DNA of 32,000 bases from assembly GCF_000025945.1 (NCBI RefSeq), contig NC_006138.1, positions 210,001 through 242,000 on the forward strand. The letters are read 5' to 3'. This document shows, piece after piece, positions 18,791 through 28,265 of this stretch. Positions within the stretch are counted from its first letter, which is position 1; every line of letters starts with the position of its first letter. The notes under the pieces are model-generated. The model had not been told where the DNA came from, made no database searches, and worked only from the letters and a program-made list of their open reading frames with translations. The stretch is from Desulfotalea psychrophila LSv54. GTDB lineage: Bacteria > Desulfobacterota > Desulfobulbia > Desulfobulbales > Desulfocapsaceae. The position numbers and the translations under genes are program-made.

Positions 18791-19774
18791 CTACCGAACC
18801 TGCAAATTATGCATTTTGGCCGTATCGGCAATGTGCTCAACAAAAATCCGGGCAAATTTATCGTTCTCACCCAGGCCGTGCAGGACGGTTTCCACCTTAA
18901 ATCCCTTCTCGAGAAGAATTGATTTCCACGAGTCTGTCTCGGCACCAGCCATATCGTTTCTGGCATGGTCACCTGCCACAATCATAAAGGGTTTAAGAAC
19001 TACCTTCTTAATGCCAGCCCGCTGAAGCTTGGCCACCACGTCATCAAGGGTCGGTTGACCTTCGACAACACCAAGAATCGTTGTTACCTGAGGATAAGCC
19101 TTGTTCATGGCATTTTCCACCTCGGCATAGATACCAGTTGACCAGTGCTCGTTGCCATGTCCCATATAGATAAGGGCAGCACCCTCTTTTTGAGCCAGGG
19201 CCACATCAGCTGCCAGGGTAGCAATCGCCTTGGCCACATCCTCGTGATAGCTATATATATCACCCGGCATACCAAGGGCAGGACGACCCATAAACACAGC
19301 GTCATAGGGACGCCATTTGCTCTTCATGGTCTGGATGGAGGCCAGAGCACTCACATATTGACTGAGATCATGGCTCTGCTCCATATAGAACATATGGGTG
19401 GGTTGAACAATGATATTTCGATAACCATCCTCACGCAGATCGCCAAAGACAGAGATGATATTCTCCACATAGAGGACCTCCTTAGGAATGCCCATGCTCA
19501 ACCACTTCTGTGGATTTTCCTGACGCTTTTTCCAGACCTTACGGATAATATTGGAGGTAAAACAGATACGTACCTCTGTGTTGGGGTAGGCTTTCCGTAC
19601 ACCATCAACAATATTAAGGATTGCCGGAAGACCCTCGGGCACGGTGGTGCCAAAACCGGCAACAATGATTGCCGTTTTAGCCTCGGCCTTTGCCGGTGAA
19701 GCCTGAGAGAGGGATGAAAAGATAAAGAGAGAGAGAAACAGAGCTAGAGCAGACAGACGAATTTTTTGTAACAT
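18791..19774 (-). CDS. cbiK: Sirohydrochlorin cobaltochelatase with N-terminal signal peptide (periplasmic CbiK type)
   Basis: MLQKIRLSALALFLSLFIFSSLSQASPAKA signal peptide; KTAIIVAGFGTTVPEG, VQPTHMFYMEQSHDL, IYMGHGNEHWS, LKPFMIVAGDHARNDMAG class II chelatase motifs; SD GGAGGAG upstream of 19774. Confidence 0.93.
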   Translation of the reverse strand: MLQKIRLSALALFLSLFIFSSLSQASPAKAEAKTAIIVAGFGTTVPEGLPAILNIVDGVRKAYPNTEVRICFTSNIIRKVWKKRQENPQKWLSMGIPKEVLYVENIISVFGDLREDGYRNIIVQPTHMFYMEQSHDLSQYVSALASIQTMKSKWRPYDAVFMGRPALGMPGDIYSYHEDVAKAIATLAADVALAQKEGAALIYMGHGNEHWSTGIYAEVENAMNKAYPQVTTILGVVEGQPTLDDVVAKLQRAGIKKVVLKPFMIVAGDHARNDMAGAETDSWKSILLEKGFKVETVLHGLGENDKFARIFVEHIADTAKMHNLQVR

Positions 19775-19929
19775 GGATTCTCCTCCTGTCGGATGCAGCA
19801 AACACAGCCAACAGATGCAACTAAAAGTCCGGGAGAACAGAGCCCTCCGGACGAAAATCGACCGGGGAAGTCCCTAACTTTCCTCGTATCCTCTGGCATC
19901 ACTCCTGTCCACGAAGCATACCAAAACTT

Positions 19930-20110
19930 GTTGCAGGCAGGTCTTCTGACTTCTGGATCATCCTTCTTCTGCGCCTTCCCAAACAAACGTTCAGTGACAT
20001 AATGCAGAAGTTGTCCCCAGTTACAGCGGCGGGCCCGTTCCTGAATTCCACAGGATTCCCTATTAAGCTAAACCTTTTACCACAGGCAAAGCACCTGAAA
20101 CACCTTGGCA
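19930..20110 (-). promoter_or_regulatory. Cobalamin (AdoCbl) riboswitch upstream of cbiK-cbiL
   Basis: Minus strand reads ...AATAGGGAATCCTGTGGAATTCAGGAACGGGCCCGCCGCTGTAACTGGGGAC...GTCACTG...GGGAAGGC...GTCAGAAGACCTGCCTGC, matching conserved cobalamin riboswitch elements. Confidence 0.93.
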
Positions 20111-20295
20111 GAAGACAGTATACACCCGCAAAAGTCAAGAATGTTCTACCCGACCAAGCGCCCATTTCTTCCTCCATCAAGAACAAGACAATACTAGGAC
20201 TTGCGGTGAGGGAAATAAAATTTTATCTTCCTCCTGAAGCAAAAAGAGAACACTTATCAATCAGCCCATAAGCGGGCATAGGAAGGTAGTAATAG

Positions 20296-21252
20296 ATGGA
20301 CACATCTTTTTTATATACACTTTGGCAGGGAATTCTCTGGCCAGTGCTCCGTATCTGCTTTTTTGTCAGCCTCGGACTGGTGGCAGCCAATCTTATCGAA
20401 TCACTGGCCTGGTCACGGAGGATCACCCGATTAGCCGCCCCCCTAACCCGCTTGGCCCATCTCTCCTCCAGCACGGCGGCAGGTTTTTCCTTGGCCTTTG
20501 TCTCCGGAGTCTCGGCCAACAGCCTATTGGCCGAAGCCTATGGTAACGGGAAAATAGCCAAAAAGGAGTTAGTTCTGGCCAACCTACTCAACTCCCTGCC
20601 ACGCTTTTTTCTTCACCTGCCCACAGTCTTCTTTCTCACCCTGCCCTTTATCCATGGGACAGCATTCACCTATGTGGGCCTGACCTTTATTGCGTCCCTA
20701 CTACAAACTGCCTGCGTTGTCGGCTGTGGACGCCTCCTCCTCAACAAACCTGCGCAGGCGATAGAGGTAAAGGCCCAAGAGGAAAAGCAAACGGATTGGG
20801 GCAAGTGGTTACCGAAAATGGTAAAAAGGCTGCGACGCAGGTTAAAGAGGCTTCTTCTCTTTATGCTTCCCATCTATATAGCCTTTTATCTCCTGGCTAA
20901 ATACGGCATCTGGGCCAGCATCAAAGAGCTCATTGTCCAACTGCCACTGCTCTCCCACCTGCCGGCCGAGAGTCTCACCATCATCATCCTCCATGTAACC
21001 GCAGAATTTTCCGCAGGTCTTGCCGCCGCAAGTGTTATAATGGCGGAAAACAGTCTCTCCGGGCAGCAAATTGTCCTAGCCCTGATGATAGGTAATCTGC
21101 TGGCCACCCCGGTACGGGCCCTGCGCCACCAGCTCCCCTATTATAGTGGCATCTATCCTCTGCGAATTGCCATTGAGCTGATTTTAGCCAGCCAGATTCT
21201 CCGGGCCAGCTGTATTATCCTCGTTACCATCATCTACTACAGCTGGGTATAG
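20296..21252 (+). CDS. Nucleoside-recognition/gate-domain (SpmA-like) membrane protein
   Basis: Multi-TM: SLGLVAANLIESLAW..., GFSLAFVSGVSANSLLAEAYGNGKIAKKELVLANLLNSLPRFFLHLPTVFFLTLP, repeated gate-like half at the C-terminus (SGQQIVLALMIGNLLATPVRALRHQLP). Confidence 0.75.
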   Translation: MDTSFLYTLWQGILWPVLRICFFVSLGLVAANLIESLAWSRRITRLAAPLTRLAHLSSSTAAGFSLAFVSGVSANSLLAEAYGNGKIAKKELVLANLLNSLPRFFLHLPTVFFLTLPFIHGTAFTYVGLTFIASLLQTACVVGCGRLLLNKPAQAIEVKAQEEKQTDWGKWLPKMVKRLRRRLKRLLLFMLPIYIAFYLLAKYGIWASIKELIVQLPLLSHLPAESLTIIILHVTAEFSAGLAAASVIMAENSLSGQQIVLALMIGNLLATPVRALRHQLPYYSGIYPLRIAIELILASQILRASCIILVTIIYYSWV

Positions 21253-21272
21253 CCTACACTTAAGGATATTTC

Positions 21273-22313
21273 ATGCCTCACCCCTTTTCGGCCAAAGGCC
21301 CACTCCTCCCCCTGATCCTGATCCTGCTGGCACTGCTCTGCATGGTCGGCTCGGCGGGTATGGGCTATATCAATATCTCTGCCAGCGATATCATCCATAT
21401 CATCGCCAGCAAAATAAGCGGAGATAGCACCCTGCTGACCGGCATAGAGCCCAGTCTCCCCTATGTGATCATGGACATCCGCCTGCCTCGCATCCTCTGC
21501 GCCTTTCTGGTAGGGGCGGGCCTTGCCATCAGCGGAGTCATCTATCAGGGCATCCTCCTGAACCCCCTCGCAGACCCCTACACCCTGGGAGTCTCCTCGG
21601 GAGCGGCCTTCGGCGCAGCCCTGGCCCTTTTGGCCAACATGGCCCTTTTGCCTCTATCACTACCACTCTGCGCCTTCGGCGGGGCTCTCATCACCCTCTT
21701 TATCGTTATCCGCCTCTCCTCCTTTGGCGGCCAGATATCAGCGGGCACCCTGATCCTCTCCGGGGTCATTATCGGGGCCATCCTCTCGGCAGGAATAAGC
21801 TTTATCAAGTACCTGGCCGATGAGCAGGTAAGCGCCATCATCTTCTGGCTCATGGGCAGCTTTGTGGCCCGAGGCTGGTCCGATGTAGCCGTGATCCTGG
21901 CCAGTCTGGTGCCTGGCCTTGCCATCGCCCTCTACTACAGTCGGGATCTCAATATCATTGCCACCGGCAACCGGGCCTCGGCAAGCCTGGGGGTGGAGAC
22001 AGCACGGGTGCGCAAGATCCTTCTCATCACCGCCTCCCTAATCACCGCTGTCTGTGTCAGCGCCACCGGTATCATCGGCTTTATCGGCCTTATCGTCCCC
22101 CACCTGATGCGAATCGTGGTCGGGCCCGACAATCGCAAGCTCCTGCCCGTCTCCTTTTTAGCAGGCGGCATCCTCCTTCTGGTGGCAGATACCGTCACCC
22201 GGGCAGTTCTACCAGTGGAAATCCCCATAGGCATTCTCACCGCCCTGATTGGCGGCCCCGTATTCTGCCTCATCTTTAGAAAACGACAGCGGGGACTACG
22301 CTATGGAAACTAA
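21273..22313 (+). CDS. FecCD-family ABC transporter permease (BtuC-like)
   Basis: LPRILCAFLVGAGLAISGVIYQGILLNPLADPYTLGVSSGAAFGAALAL, GFIGLIVPHLMRIVVGPDNRKLLPVSFLAGGILLLVADTVTRAV, EIPIGILTALIGGPVFCLIF. Confidence 0.95.
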   Translation: MPHPFSAKGPLLPLILILLALLCMVGSAGMGYINISASDIIHIIASKISGDSTLLTGIEPSLPYVIMDIRLPRILCAFLVGAGLAISGVIYQGILLNPLADPYTLGVSSGAAFGAALALLANMALLPLSLPLCAFGGALITLFIVIRLSSFGGQISAGTLILSGVIIGAILSAGISFIKYLADEQVSAIIFWLMGSFVARGWSDVAVILASLVPGLAIALYYSRDLNIIATGNRASASLGVETARVRKILLITASLITAVCVSATGIIGFIGLIVPHLMRIVVGPDNRKLLPVSFLAGGILLLVADTVTRAVLPVEIPIGILTALIGGPVFCLIFRKRQRGLRYGN

Positions 22314-23097
22314 CAGCAGATTTATTCTCGAAAACGTCAGCTATGCCCATGGCCCCAACAGGGCAGTGGATGATATCAGCCTCCGTCTGGAGGCGGGCAA
22401 GTTTTATGGCTTTGTCGGCCCCAATGGCTGTGGCAAGACCACCCTTTTGGATCTGCTCTGCGGCTACAGAACCCCGGATCAGGGCAGGATCCTCCTCGAT
22501 GGCAAAAAGATTGGTGCCTACCCCCGCAAGGAACTTGCCAAAAAAATCGCCCTGGCCCCCCAGGAATTTCAGCTGGGACTGGGTTTTAGCGTCGAAGAGG
22601 TGGTAATGATGGGGCGACATCCCCATATTCCCCGCTTTGCCTCCCCCAGTAAAGAGGATTGGCAAGAGGTGGACTGGGCCATCAGCTGCATCGGCCTCCA
22701 GGAGTTGCGCCACAAAAACAGCAGCGACCTCTCCGGTGGACAAAAACAGCGGGTCATCGTCGCCAGAGCCCTGGCCCAAAAGGCTGAAACCCTCCTCTTT
22801 GACGAGGCCACAGCCAATCTCGACATCCAGTACTCACTACAAATATTCAACCTGGCCCGTCGTCATATCAAGGACGGCAACAACACAGTAATTGCCGTCC
22901 TCCATGACATGAACCTGGCAGCGGCCTACTGTGATGAAGTACTCTTCCTGCAGGAGGGTAGAGTACACAGCTTTGGCCCCACCGCCCGAACCATGACCGC
23001 CGAAAACATCCGCCAGGTTTTTCAGGTGGAGGCCCGGGTAGGCGCTGACCTCTACCAACAACCACACCAAATTTCCCTTAACTATAAGAGAACATGA
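22303..23097 (+). CDS. ABC transporter ATP-binding protein (BtuD/FepC-like)
   Basis: Walker A GPNGCGKTT, signature LSGGQKQRVIVARALAQKAETLLFDEAT, H-loop AVLHDMNLAAAYCD. Confidence 0.95.
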   Translation: METNSRFILENVSYAHGPNRAVDDISLRLEAGKFYGFVGPNGCGKTTLLDLLCGYRTPDQGRILLDGKKIGAYPRKELAKKIALAPQEFQLGLGFSVEEVVMMGRHPHIPRFASPSKEDWQEVDWAISCIGLQELRHKNSSDLSGGQKQRVIVARALAQKAETLLFDEATANLDIQYSLQIFNLARRHIKDGNNTVIAVLHDMNLAAAYCDEVLFLQEGRVHSFGPTARTMTAENIRQVFQVEARVGADLYQQPHQISLNYKRT

Positions 23098-23993
23098 AAA
23101 ATAAATTTTCCATCCTCCTCCTCTGCACCCTCTTCACAGCTACCGCCCTACAGGCAAGCGTAAATGAGGCTCGGCCAGATCCCATCTATAAACGGATCAT
23201 ATCTCTCTACCCTGCCCATACCGAGAATCTGGTGAGTATGGGGGCTACGGAGAGTATCATCGGTATCTCCCGTAGTGACACCTATCCGGCTGCAATCCTT
23301 GACAGGCCACGCTTCAGCTATAGAGAGGATCCCGAAAAATTTATTGCGGCCAAACCTGACCTGGTCCTTATCCGACCCATGATCGCCCGCGCCTATCCCC
23401 TCTTTGTCCAAAAATTGGAAGAGGCAGGCATCCGGGTAATCTCCCTCCAACCCCAGTCGGTGGACGAGCTCTACAGCTACTGGCAGGATTTGGGCAAACT
23501 GGCAGGCAAACAGGCCCAGGCAGGGGCCATGCTCAACCTCTTTCAAGAGAGGCTCCGTCTCTTTAAGGAGCAGCTGGCCCTTATCCCGCAGAAAGAGCGA
23601 CCGAGGGTCTACTTTGAGTCCATCCATAGGCGGATGAAGACCTTTGCCCCTGGTTCCATTGCCCTCTTTGCCATGAAAGAGGCGGGAGGAATCAATATTG
23701 CCTGCGATGCAGCCCAGGTACGCAGCACCAATATTGCCGATTATGGCAAGGAGCATATCCTGGCCAAGGCTGGACAAATCGACGTCTACCTGGCCCAACA
23801 GGGAAGAATGAACCCCGTCGAACGGGCAACCATTACAGCTGAACCCGCCTTTGCCGCCATTAAGGCCGTGCAGAATGATCGGGTCTATCTGATCAAGGAG
23901 GAGATTATCTCCCGCCCCACCATGAGAATCCTGCTGGGAATTGCGGAAATCCACCGCCTCCTCTACCCTCAGGAGAACGTCAATGCCCAGTAA
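23094..23993 (+). CDS. Periplasmic cobalamin/iron-chelate type binding protein (BtuF/FepB-like)
   Basis: Signal peptide; RIISLYPAHTENLVSMGATESIIGISR, KPDLVLIRPMIARAYPLFVQKLEEAGIRVISL; overlaps ATPase gene. Confidence 0.88.
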   Translation: MKNKFSILLLCTLFTATALQASVNEARPDPIYKRIISLYPAHTENLVSMGATESIIGISRSDTYPAAILDRPRFSYREDPEKFIAAKPDLVLIRPMIARAYPLFVQKLEEAGIRVISLQPQSVDELYSYWQDLGKLAGKQAQAGAMLNLFQERLRLFKEQLALIPQKERPRVYFESIHRRMKTFAPGSIALFAMKEAGGINIACDAAQVRSTNIADYGKEHILAKAGQIDVYLAQQGRMNPVERATITAEPAFAAIKAVQNDRVYLIKEEIISRPTMRILLGIAEIHRLLYPQENVNAQ

Positions 23994-25371
23994 TACTCCG
24001 GCAATCATCATTGCCGGCACCCATAGCGGTTCCGGCAAGACCACCATCACCCTAGGTATCATGGCAGCCCTGAAGGCCCGGGGAATGCGAGTCCAGCCCT
24101 TTAAATCCGGCCCAGATTTTATCGACCCCAGCCTGCACCGGCTGGTCACCGGCAGGATCTCCCGCAACCTTGATCTCTATATGATGGAGAAGGAGTTCTG
24201 TCGGCGCTCCTTTGCCAAACAGGCGACTCAGGCCGATATCAGCATTATTGAAGGGGTTATGGGAATGTTTGATGGCGACCGGGGATCAAGCCATACCCTG
24301 GGAGAGTTCCTCGATATTCCCTCGATCCTGGTTATAGATGCCCGCGCCATGGCCCAGAGCGCCGCCGCCATCGTCCGCGGCTTTGAGAGTATGGCAGGGG
24401 GCAGACTCATCGGAGTCATTGCCAACAATATTGCCAGTCCGCGCCATCTGCAGCTGGTGCGCGAGGCAATAGAGACACACTGTCAGGCAAGATTTCTCGG
24501 CTATCTGCCCCGCAACCTTGACTTCACCATCCCCAGCCGCCATCTCGGTCTCCATCTGGCCGAGGACAATCCCATCCCAGAAACTGCCATTGCCCAGCTA
24601 GCGGCAACTGTTGAGGCCCATATTGACCTCGAGGCCCTCCTCCTCTGCGCTGGCGAACAGGCACCCAAAAAGCAGGTGACGCAAAAAAAGGCTCCGCCAG
24701 AAAGGATTCGCATTGCCGTGGCCAGGGATCGGGCCTTCTGCTTCTACTACGAGGACAATCTCGATGCCCTAAGGCAGGCAGGTGCAGAAATTATTCCCTT
24801 CAGCCCCCTCACTGACCAGAAGCTGCCAATGGATATTGCCGGCATCTATCTGGGCGGCGGTTACCCCGAACTCTATGGGAAAGAGCTCAGTGAAAATAGA
24901 GCAATGCGAGAGGCCATCGCTGAAACCATAGAGACGGGAATGCCCGTCTATGCTGAATGTGGCGGCTTTATGTATCTGACCCGAGGCATTGAGGACGGGG
25001 ATCTCTTCCACCCCCTTGTCGGCATCTTTCCCACTCGGGCCAGGATGAAGAAGAGCCGGGCAAGCCTAGGCTACCGTGAAATCCACCTGAGGGAGTCCTG
25101 TCTCCTCGGCCCTGCCGGCCTGGCGGCCCGAGGGCATGAATTTCACTATTCAACCATTGAAGAAATGGCAACAGGTACTAATGTAGGGATCACTGATATT
25201 TACAGGGTGGATAGAGGTGGCAGTGGTTACCTGCACAAGAACTGTTTAGCCAGCTATATCCACCTCCACTTTGGTTCAAACCAGGCACTTGCTGAAAACT
25301 TTGTCCAGTTCTGCCAGGAAAATTTTGACAGATTAAGGAAAAAACCATGTCCGTCACCATCCAAAAAATAG
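23983..25371 (+). CDS. cbiA: Cobyrinate a,c-diamide synthase
   Basis: AIIIAGTHSGSGKTTITLGIMAALKARGMRVQPFKSGPDFIDP; GGGYPELYGKELSEN; AECGGFMYLTRGI glutaminase Cys. Confidence 0.95.
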   Translation: MPSNTPAIIIAGTHSGSGKTTITLGIMAALKARGMRVQPFKSGPDFIDPSLHRLVTGRISRNLDLYMMEKEFCRRSFAKQATQADISIIEGVMGMFDGDRGSSHTLGEFLDIPSILVIDARAMAQSAAAIVRGFESMAGGRLIGVIANNIASPRHLQLVREAIETHCQARFLGYLPRNLDFTIPSRHLGLHLAEDNPIPETAIAQLAATVEAHIDLEALLLCAGEQAPKKQVTQKKAPPERIRIAVARDRAFCFYYEDNLDALRQAGAEIIPFSPLTDQKLPMDIAGIYLGGGYPELYGKELSENRAMREAIAETIETGMPVYAECGGFMYLTRGIEDGDLFHPLVGIFPTRARMKKSRASLGYREIHLRESCLLGPAGLAARGHEFHYSTIEEMATGTNVGITDIYRVDRGGSGYLHKNCLASYIHLHFGSNQALAENFVQFCQENFDRLRKKPCPSPSKK

Positions 25372-25979
25372 GGCCCACCGAGATCGAAGCCGAGAGTTTT
25401 CGTATTATAGAGAGTGAAATCGGCGAGCACGGTCTTGACCCACAAACCTGGGCCATCACCCGCCGGGTGATCCATGCCACCGCAGATTTTGCCTTCCGCG
25501 ACAATCTTAAGTTTCATCCCCAAGCCATAGAACGGGGCATCGCTGCCATCCGGGCTGGCAAAAACATCCTCACCGATGTCAATATGACGGCCATCGGCAT
25601 CAGCAAGGGACTCCTCGGCCATTTTGGCGGCACGGTAAGTTGCGGGGTGGCCGATCCTGCTATTGCCATCCGGGCCAAAGAACTGGGTAAGACCCGCTCT
25701 CAAACAGCCATCAGCGAAGGCCTCAACGAAGATGTCGGCATCATCGCCATCGGCAATGCCCCCACGGCCCTCCTCCAAATCATGAAGATTCTGAAAGAAC
25801 GGCCGGAACTGAACCCCCTAATCATCGGGGTCCCCGTAGGCTTTGTCAATGCGGCTGAATCAAAGGCCCTGCTCGCCGAGAGCCCCCATCTTTATATCAC
25901 CAGCCTGGGACGCAAGGGAGGCAGTCCGGTGGCCGCATCCATCACCAATGCCCTGCTCCATCTGGCAAAAGAGCTATGA
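25347..25979 (+). CDS. cbiC: Cobalt-precorrin-8 methylmutase
   Basis: RRVIHATADFAFRDNLKFHP, GKNILTDVNMTAIGI, GNAPTALLQIMKI, GVPVGFVNAAESKALL. Confidence 0.95.
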   Translation: MSVTIQKIGPTEIEAESFRIIESEIGEHGLDPQTWAITRRVIHATADFAFRDNLKFHPQAIERGIAAIRAGKNILTDVNMTAIGISKGLLGHFGGTVSCGVADPAIAIRAKELGKTRSQTAISEGLNEDVGIIAIGNAPTALLQIMKILKERPELNPLIIGVPVGFVNAAESKALLAESPHLYITSLGRKGGSPVAASITNALLHLAKEL

Positions 25980-27064
25980 GCAAAGCCTACAAACGGCCGC
26001 TACGAAGTGGCTATACCACTGGGGCCTGTGCCGCCGCTGTGGCCAAGGGGGCTACCATCCTCCTCCTCAGCGGAGAGGCCCCTGAGAAGGTGGAGATCCC
26101 CTTCCCCGATGGAAGCAGACACAGTTTTTGTCTCTCGCAGCAGGATGGCACCGGCGCCTGCATGGGCACCATCAAGGATGCAGGAGACGACCCCGATGTA
26201 ACCAATGGCGCCCTTATTCTAGCCACAGCCAGCTGGGAGGGCGAGGACGGCCCCACCTGCGTGCATCTGACGGAGATCAGACTCTGTGGTGGCGATGGCG
26301 TGGGTCAGGTCAGCAAAAGAGGCCTGTCCATTGCCCCGGGAGAACCTGCCATCAACCCCGTGCCACGGCAGATGATAGAGGCAGCGGTGGCCGAGGCCCT
26401 CAGCCAACATGAGAAGAGAAAGCTGACCATCACCATCTCGGTACCGCAAGGCCTCGAACTTGCCGAAAAGACCCTGAACCACCGACTCGGGATAGTGAAC
26501 GGCATCTCTATTCTAGGAACCACTGGCATTGTCCGCCCCATCTCCGCCTCGGCCTGGAAGGCAACCATCTCAGCCTGCATGGATGTGGCCCGCAGTGCCG
26601 GACTTGAGCAGATGGTCATCTCCACGGGCCGCACCTCGGAAAAGGGAGCTCAACAGCTACTCGACCTGCCCGAAGAGGCCTATGCCATGATGGGAGATTA
26701 TCTACAATTCTCTCTGGAAGAGGCTGGCCGTAAAGGATTTAGCACCATTCACTATGCAGGGATGTGGGCCAAGATCATAAAGGCCGCCCTCGAAGTACCC
26801 CAGACCCATGTCCGTAACGGAGCCCTGGAGGTAGAGGCCGCCGCACAACTCCTGAAAAAACTGGGGGCAGACGAAGAGCTCTGTAAAAAACTCTTTGCCG
26901 CCAACACGGCCCGGGAAATGCTGAGCCATCTCGAAGACGAGGGACGAGACGACCTGGTAAAGGCCGTCTGCCAATATGCTAAAAAATATGCAGAAAAGAT
27001 CAGCGAAAAAACAGTGCACATCTATCTCATCAACCATAGGGCCGAGGTAATACATTATGAATAA
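25976..27064 (+). CDS. cbiD: Cobalt-precorrin-5B C1-methyltransferase
   Basis: LRSGYTTGACAAAVAKGA, KDAGDDPDVTNGALI, GDGVGQVSKRGLSI, GEPAINPVPR, GTTGIVRPIS. Confidence 0.96.
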   Translation: MSKAYKRPLRSGYTTGACAAAVAKGATILLLSGEAPEKVEIPFPDGSRHSFCLSQQDGTGACMGTIKDAGDDPDVTNGALILATASWEGEDGPTCVHLTEIRLCGGDGVGQVSKRGLSIAPGEPAINPVPRQMIEAAVAEALSQHEKRKLTITISVPQGLELAEKTLNHRLGIVNGISILGTTGIVRPISASAWKATISACMDVARSAGLEQMVISTGRTSEKGAQQLLDLPEEAYAMMGDYLQFSLEEAGRKGFSTIHYAGMWAKIIKAALEVPQTHVRNGALEVEAAAQLLKKLGADEELCKKLFAANTAREMLSHLEDEGRDDLVKAVCQYAKKYAEKISEKTVHIYLINHRAEVIHYE

Positions 27065-28265
27065 GATCCATGTAATCGGTGTCGGTGCAGACCTTGCCGA
27101 ACTGCAAAACCTTGCCCCAACCCTAAAGAATATCCAGCTCTTTGTGGCCAGCCCCAAGCACCACCCACTCCTGGCAGGATATGGAGTGAAGTGCCGGGCA
27201 ATCACTCCCTTAGACGAATGTCTGGAAGAGATCAGAGCGACGGAGGGTGAGGTGGCCGTCCTTGCCAGTGGCGACCCCCTCTTCTACGGCATAGGAGCAA
27301 GCCTGCTCCGCCACTTCGGGGAAGAGGATCTCCTCTTTTATCCCGGCCTCTCCTCCATACAAAGGGCCTGTGCCCTGTTCAAGATCCCTTGGCACGATGC
27401 CCAGCTTATCAGCCTGCACGGCCGAGAGGCCAATCATATTCCGGGAATGATCCTACCCCATAGGAAGAGCCTGATTCTCACCGATGGCAGAAATTCACCC
27501 AACTCCATTGCCAGAGAGATACTCAACTACCTCCTCCTTATTGAAGATAAAGAGCTGACAAAGAGAATTGAGCTCAGGGTTGGAGAAAACCTCGGTACAG
27601 AGGAAGAGTGGCTCTTCACGGGTAGCCTGCAAGAGGCGGCGGAGACAAGCTTTGCCCCTCTCAATGTCCTCTGCGTCCTCATTGCCGAGCAGAAAAAGCT
27701 CCCATCCCTAGGACTCATCGAGGAGGAGATCTGTCATAGTCGAGGCCTGATCACCAAGAATGAGGTGCGAGCGGCCTCTCTGCATCGCCTCCAGCTCCCT
27801 ACGAGTGGGGTACTGTGGGATATCGGAGCGGGCAGCGGCTCTGTCTCCATTGAAGCGGCCCGACTCTCCCCCGGTTTGACCATCTACTCCGTCGAGCATA
27901 AGGAGGAGGAGATTGCTAATATCAAGGCCAATATCCGCAAGTTTGCCACCTATAACGTCATCCCCATCCTGGGACGGGCAGCAGCCCTTATGGAAAAGCT
28001 CCCCCTGCCGGACAGAATCTTTGTCGGTGGCAGTGGCGGCGAGTTGGGGAAGATCATTGAAACAGCCAAGGAGCGGCTACCTGTAGAGGGCCGCATTGTC
28101 ATCAATGCCGTCCTGAAAAAAACCGCTCTGGAGGCAATGTTTTATCTCCGCGCCCTGGACCTTACCTGTAGTAGCAGCAAAGTCAGCGTCAGTCGCATTG
28201 AGACCGACGGCAATATTAATGACTTTAATCCCATAACCATCATCGCTGGGCAAAAAATATCATGA
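27057..28265 (+). CDS. cbiET: Fused cobalt-precorrin-7 C5-methyltransferase / C15-methyltransferase (decarboxylating)
   Basis: N-terminal tetrapyrrole methylase (IHVIGVGADL, VAVLASGDPLFYGIGASLL) fused to CbiT-like SAM domain (LWDIGAGSGSVSIEAARLSPG, RIFVGGSGGELGKIIE). Confidence 0.94.
   Translation: MNKIHVIGVGADLAELQNLAPTLKNIQLFVASPKHHPLLAGYGVKCRAITPLDECLEEIRATEGEVAVLASGDPLFYGIGASLLRHFGEEDLLFYPGLSSIQRACALFKIPWHDAQLISLHGREANHIPGMILPHRKSLILTDGRNSPNSIAREILNYLLLIEDKELTKRIELRVGENLGTEEEWLFTGSLQEAAETSFAPLNVLCVLIAEQKKLPSLGLIEEEICHSRGLITKNEVRAASLHRLQLPTSGVLWDIGAGSGSVSIEAARLSPGLTIYSVEHKEEEIANIKANIRKFATYNVIPILGRAAALMEKLPLPDRIFVGGSGGELGKIIETAKERLPVEGRIVINAVLKKTALEAMFYLRALDLTCSSSKVSVSRIETDGNINDFNPITIIAGQKIS

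Noticed and set aside
17979-19025. 348-aa plus-strand ORF across cbiL and cbiK
   Set aside because: Antisense to two genes with clear family motifs; the translation has no recognisable family and looks like low-constraint shadow coding.
19744-20186. Minus-strand ORFs 19744-19986 and 19899-20186
   Set aside because: They overlap the cobalamin riboswitch, whose conserved RNA elements explain the sequence.
23148-24167. 339-aa minus-strand ORF opposite the binding protein and cbiA
   Set aside because: Antisense shadow ORF of well-supported plus-strand genes.
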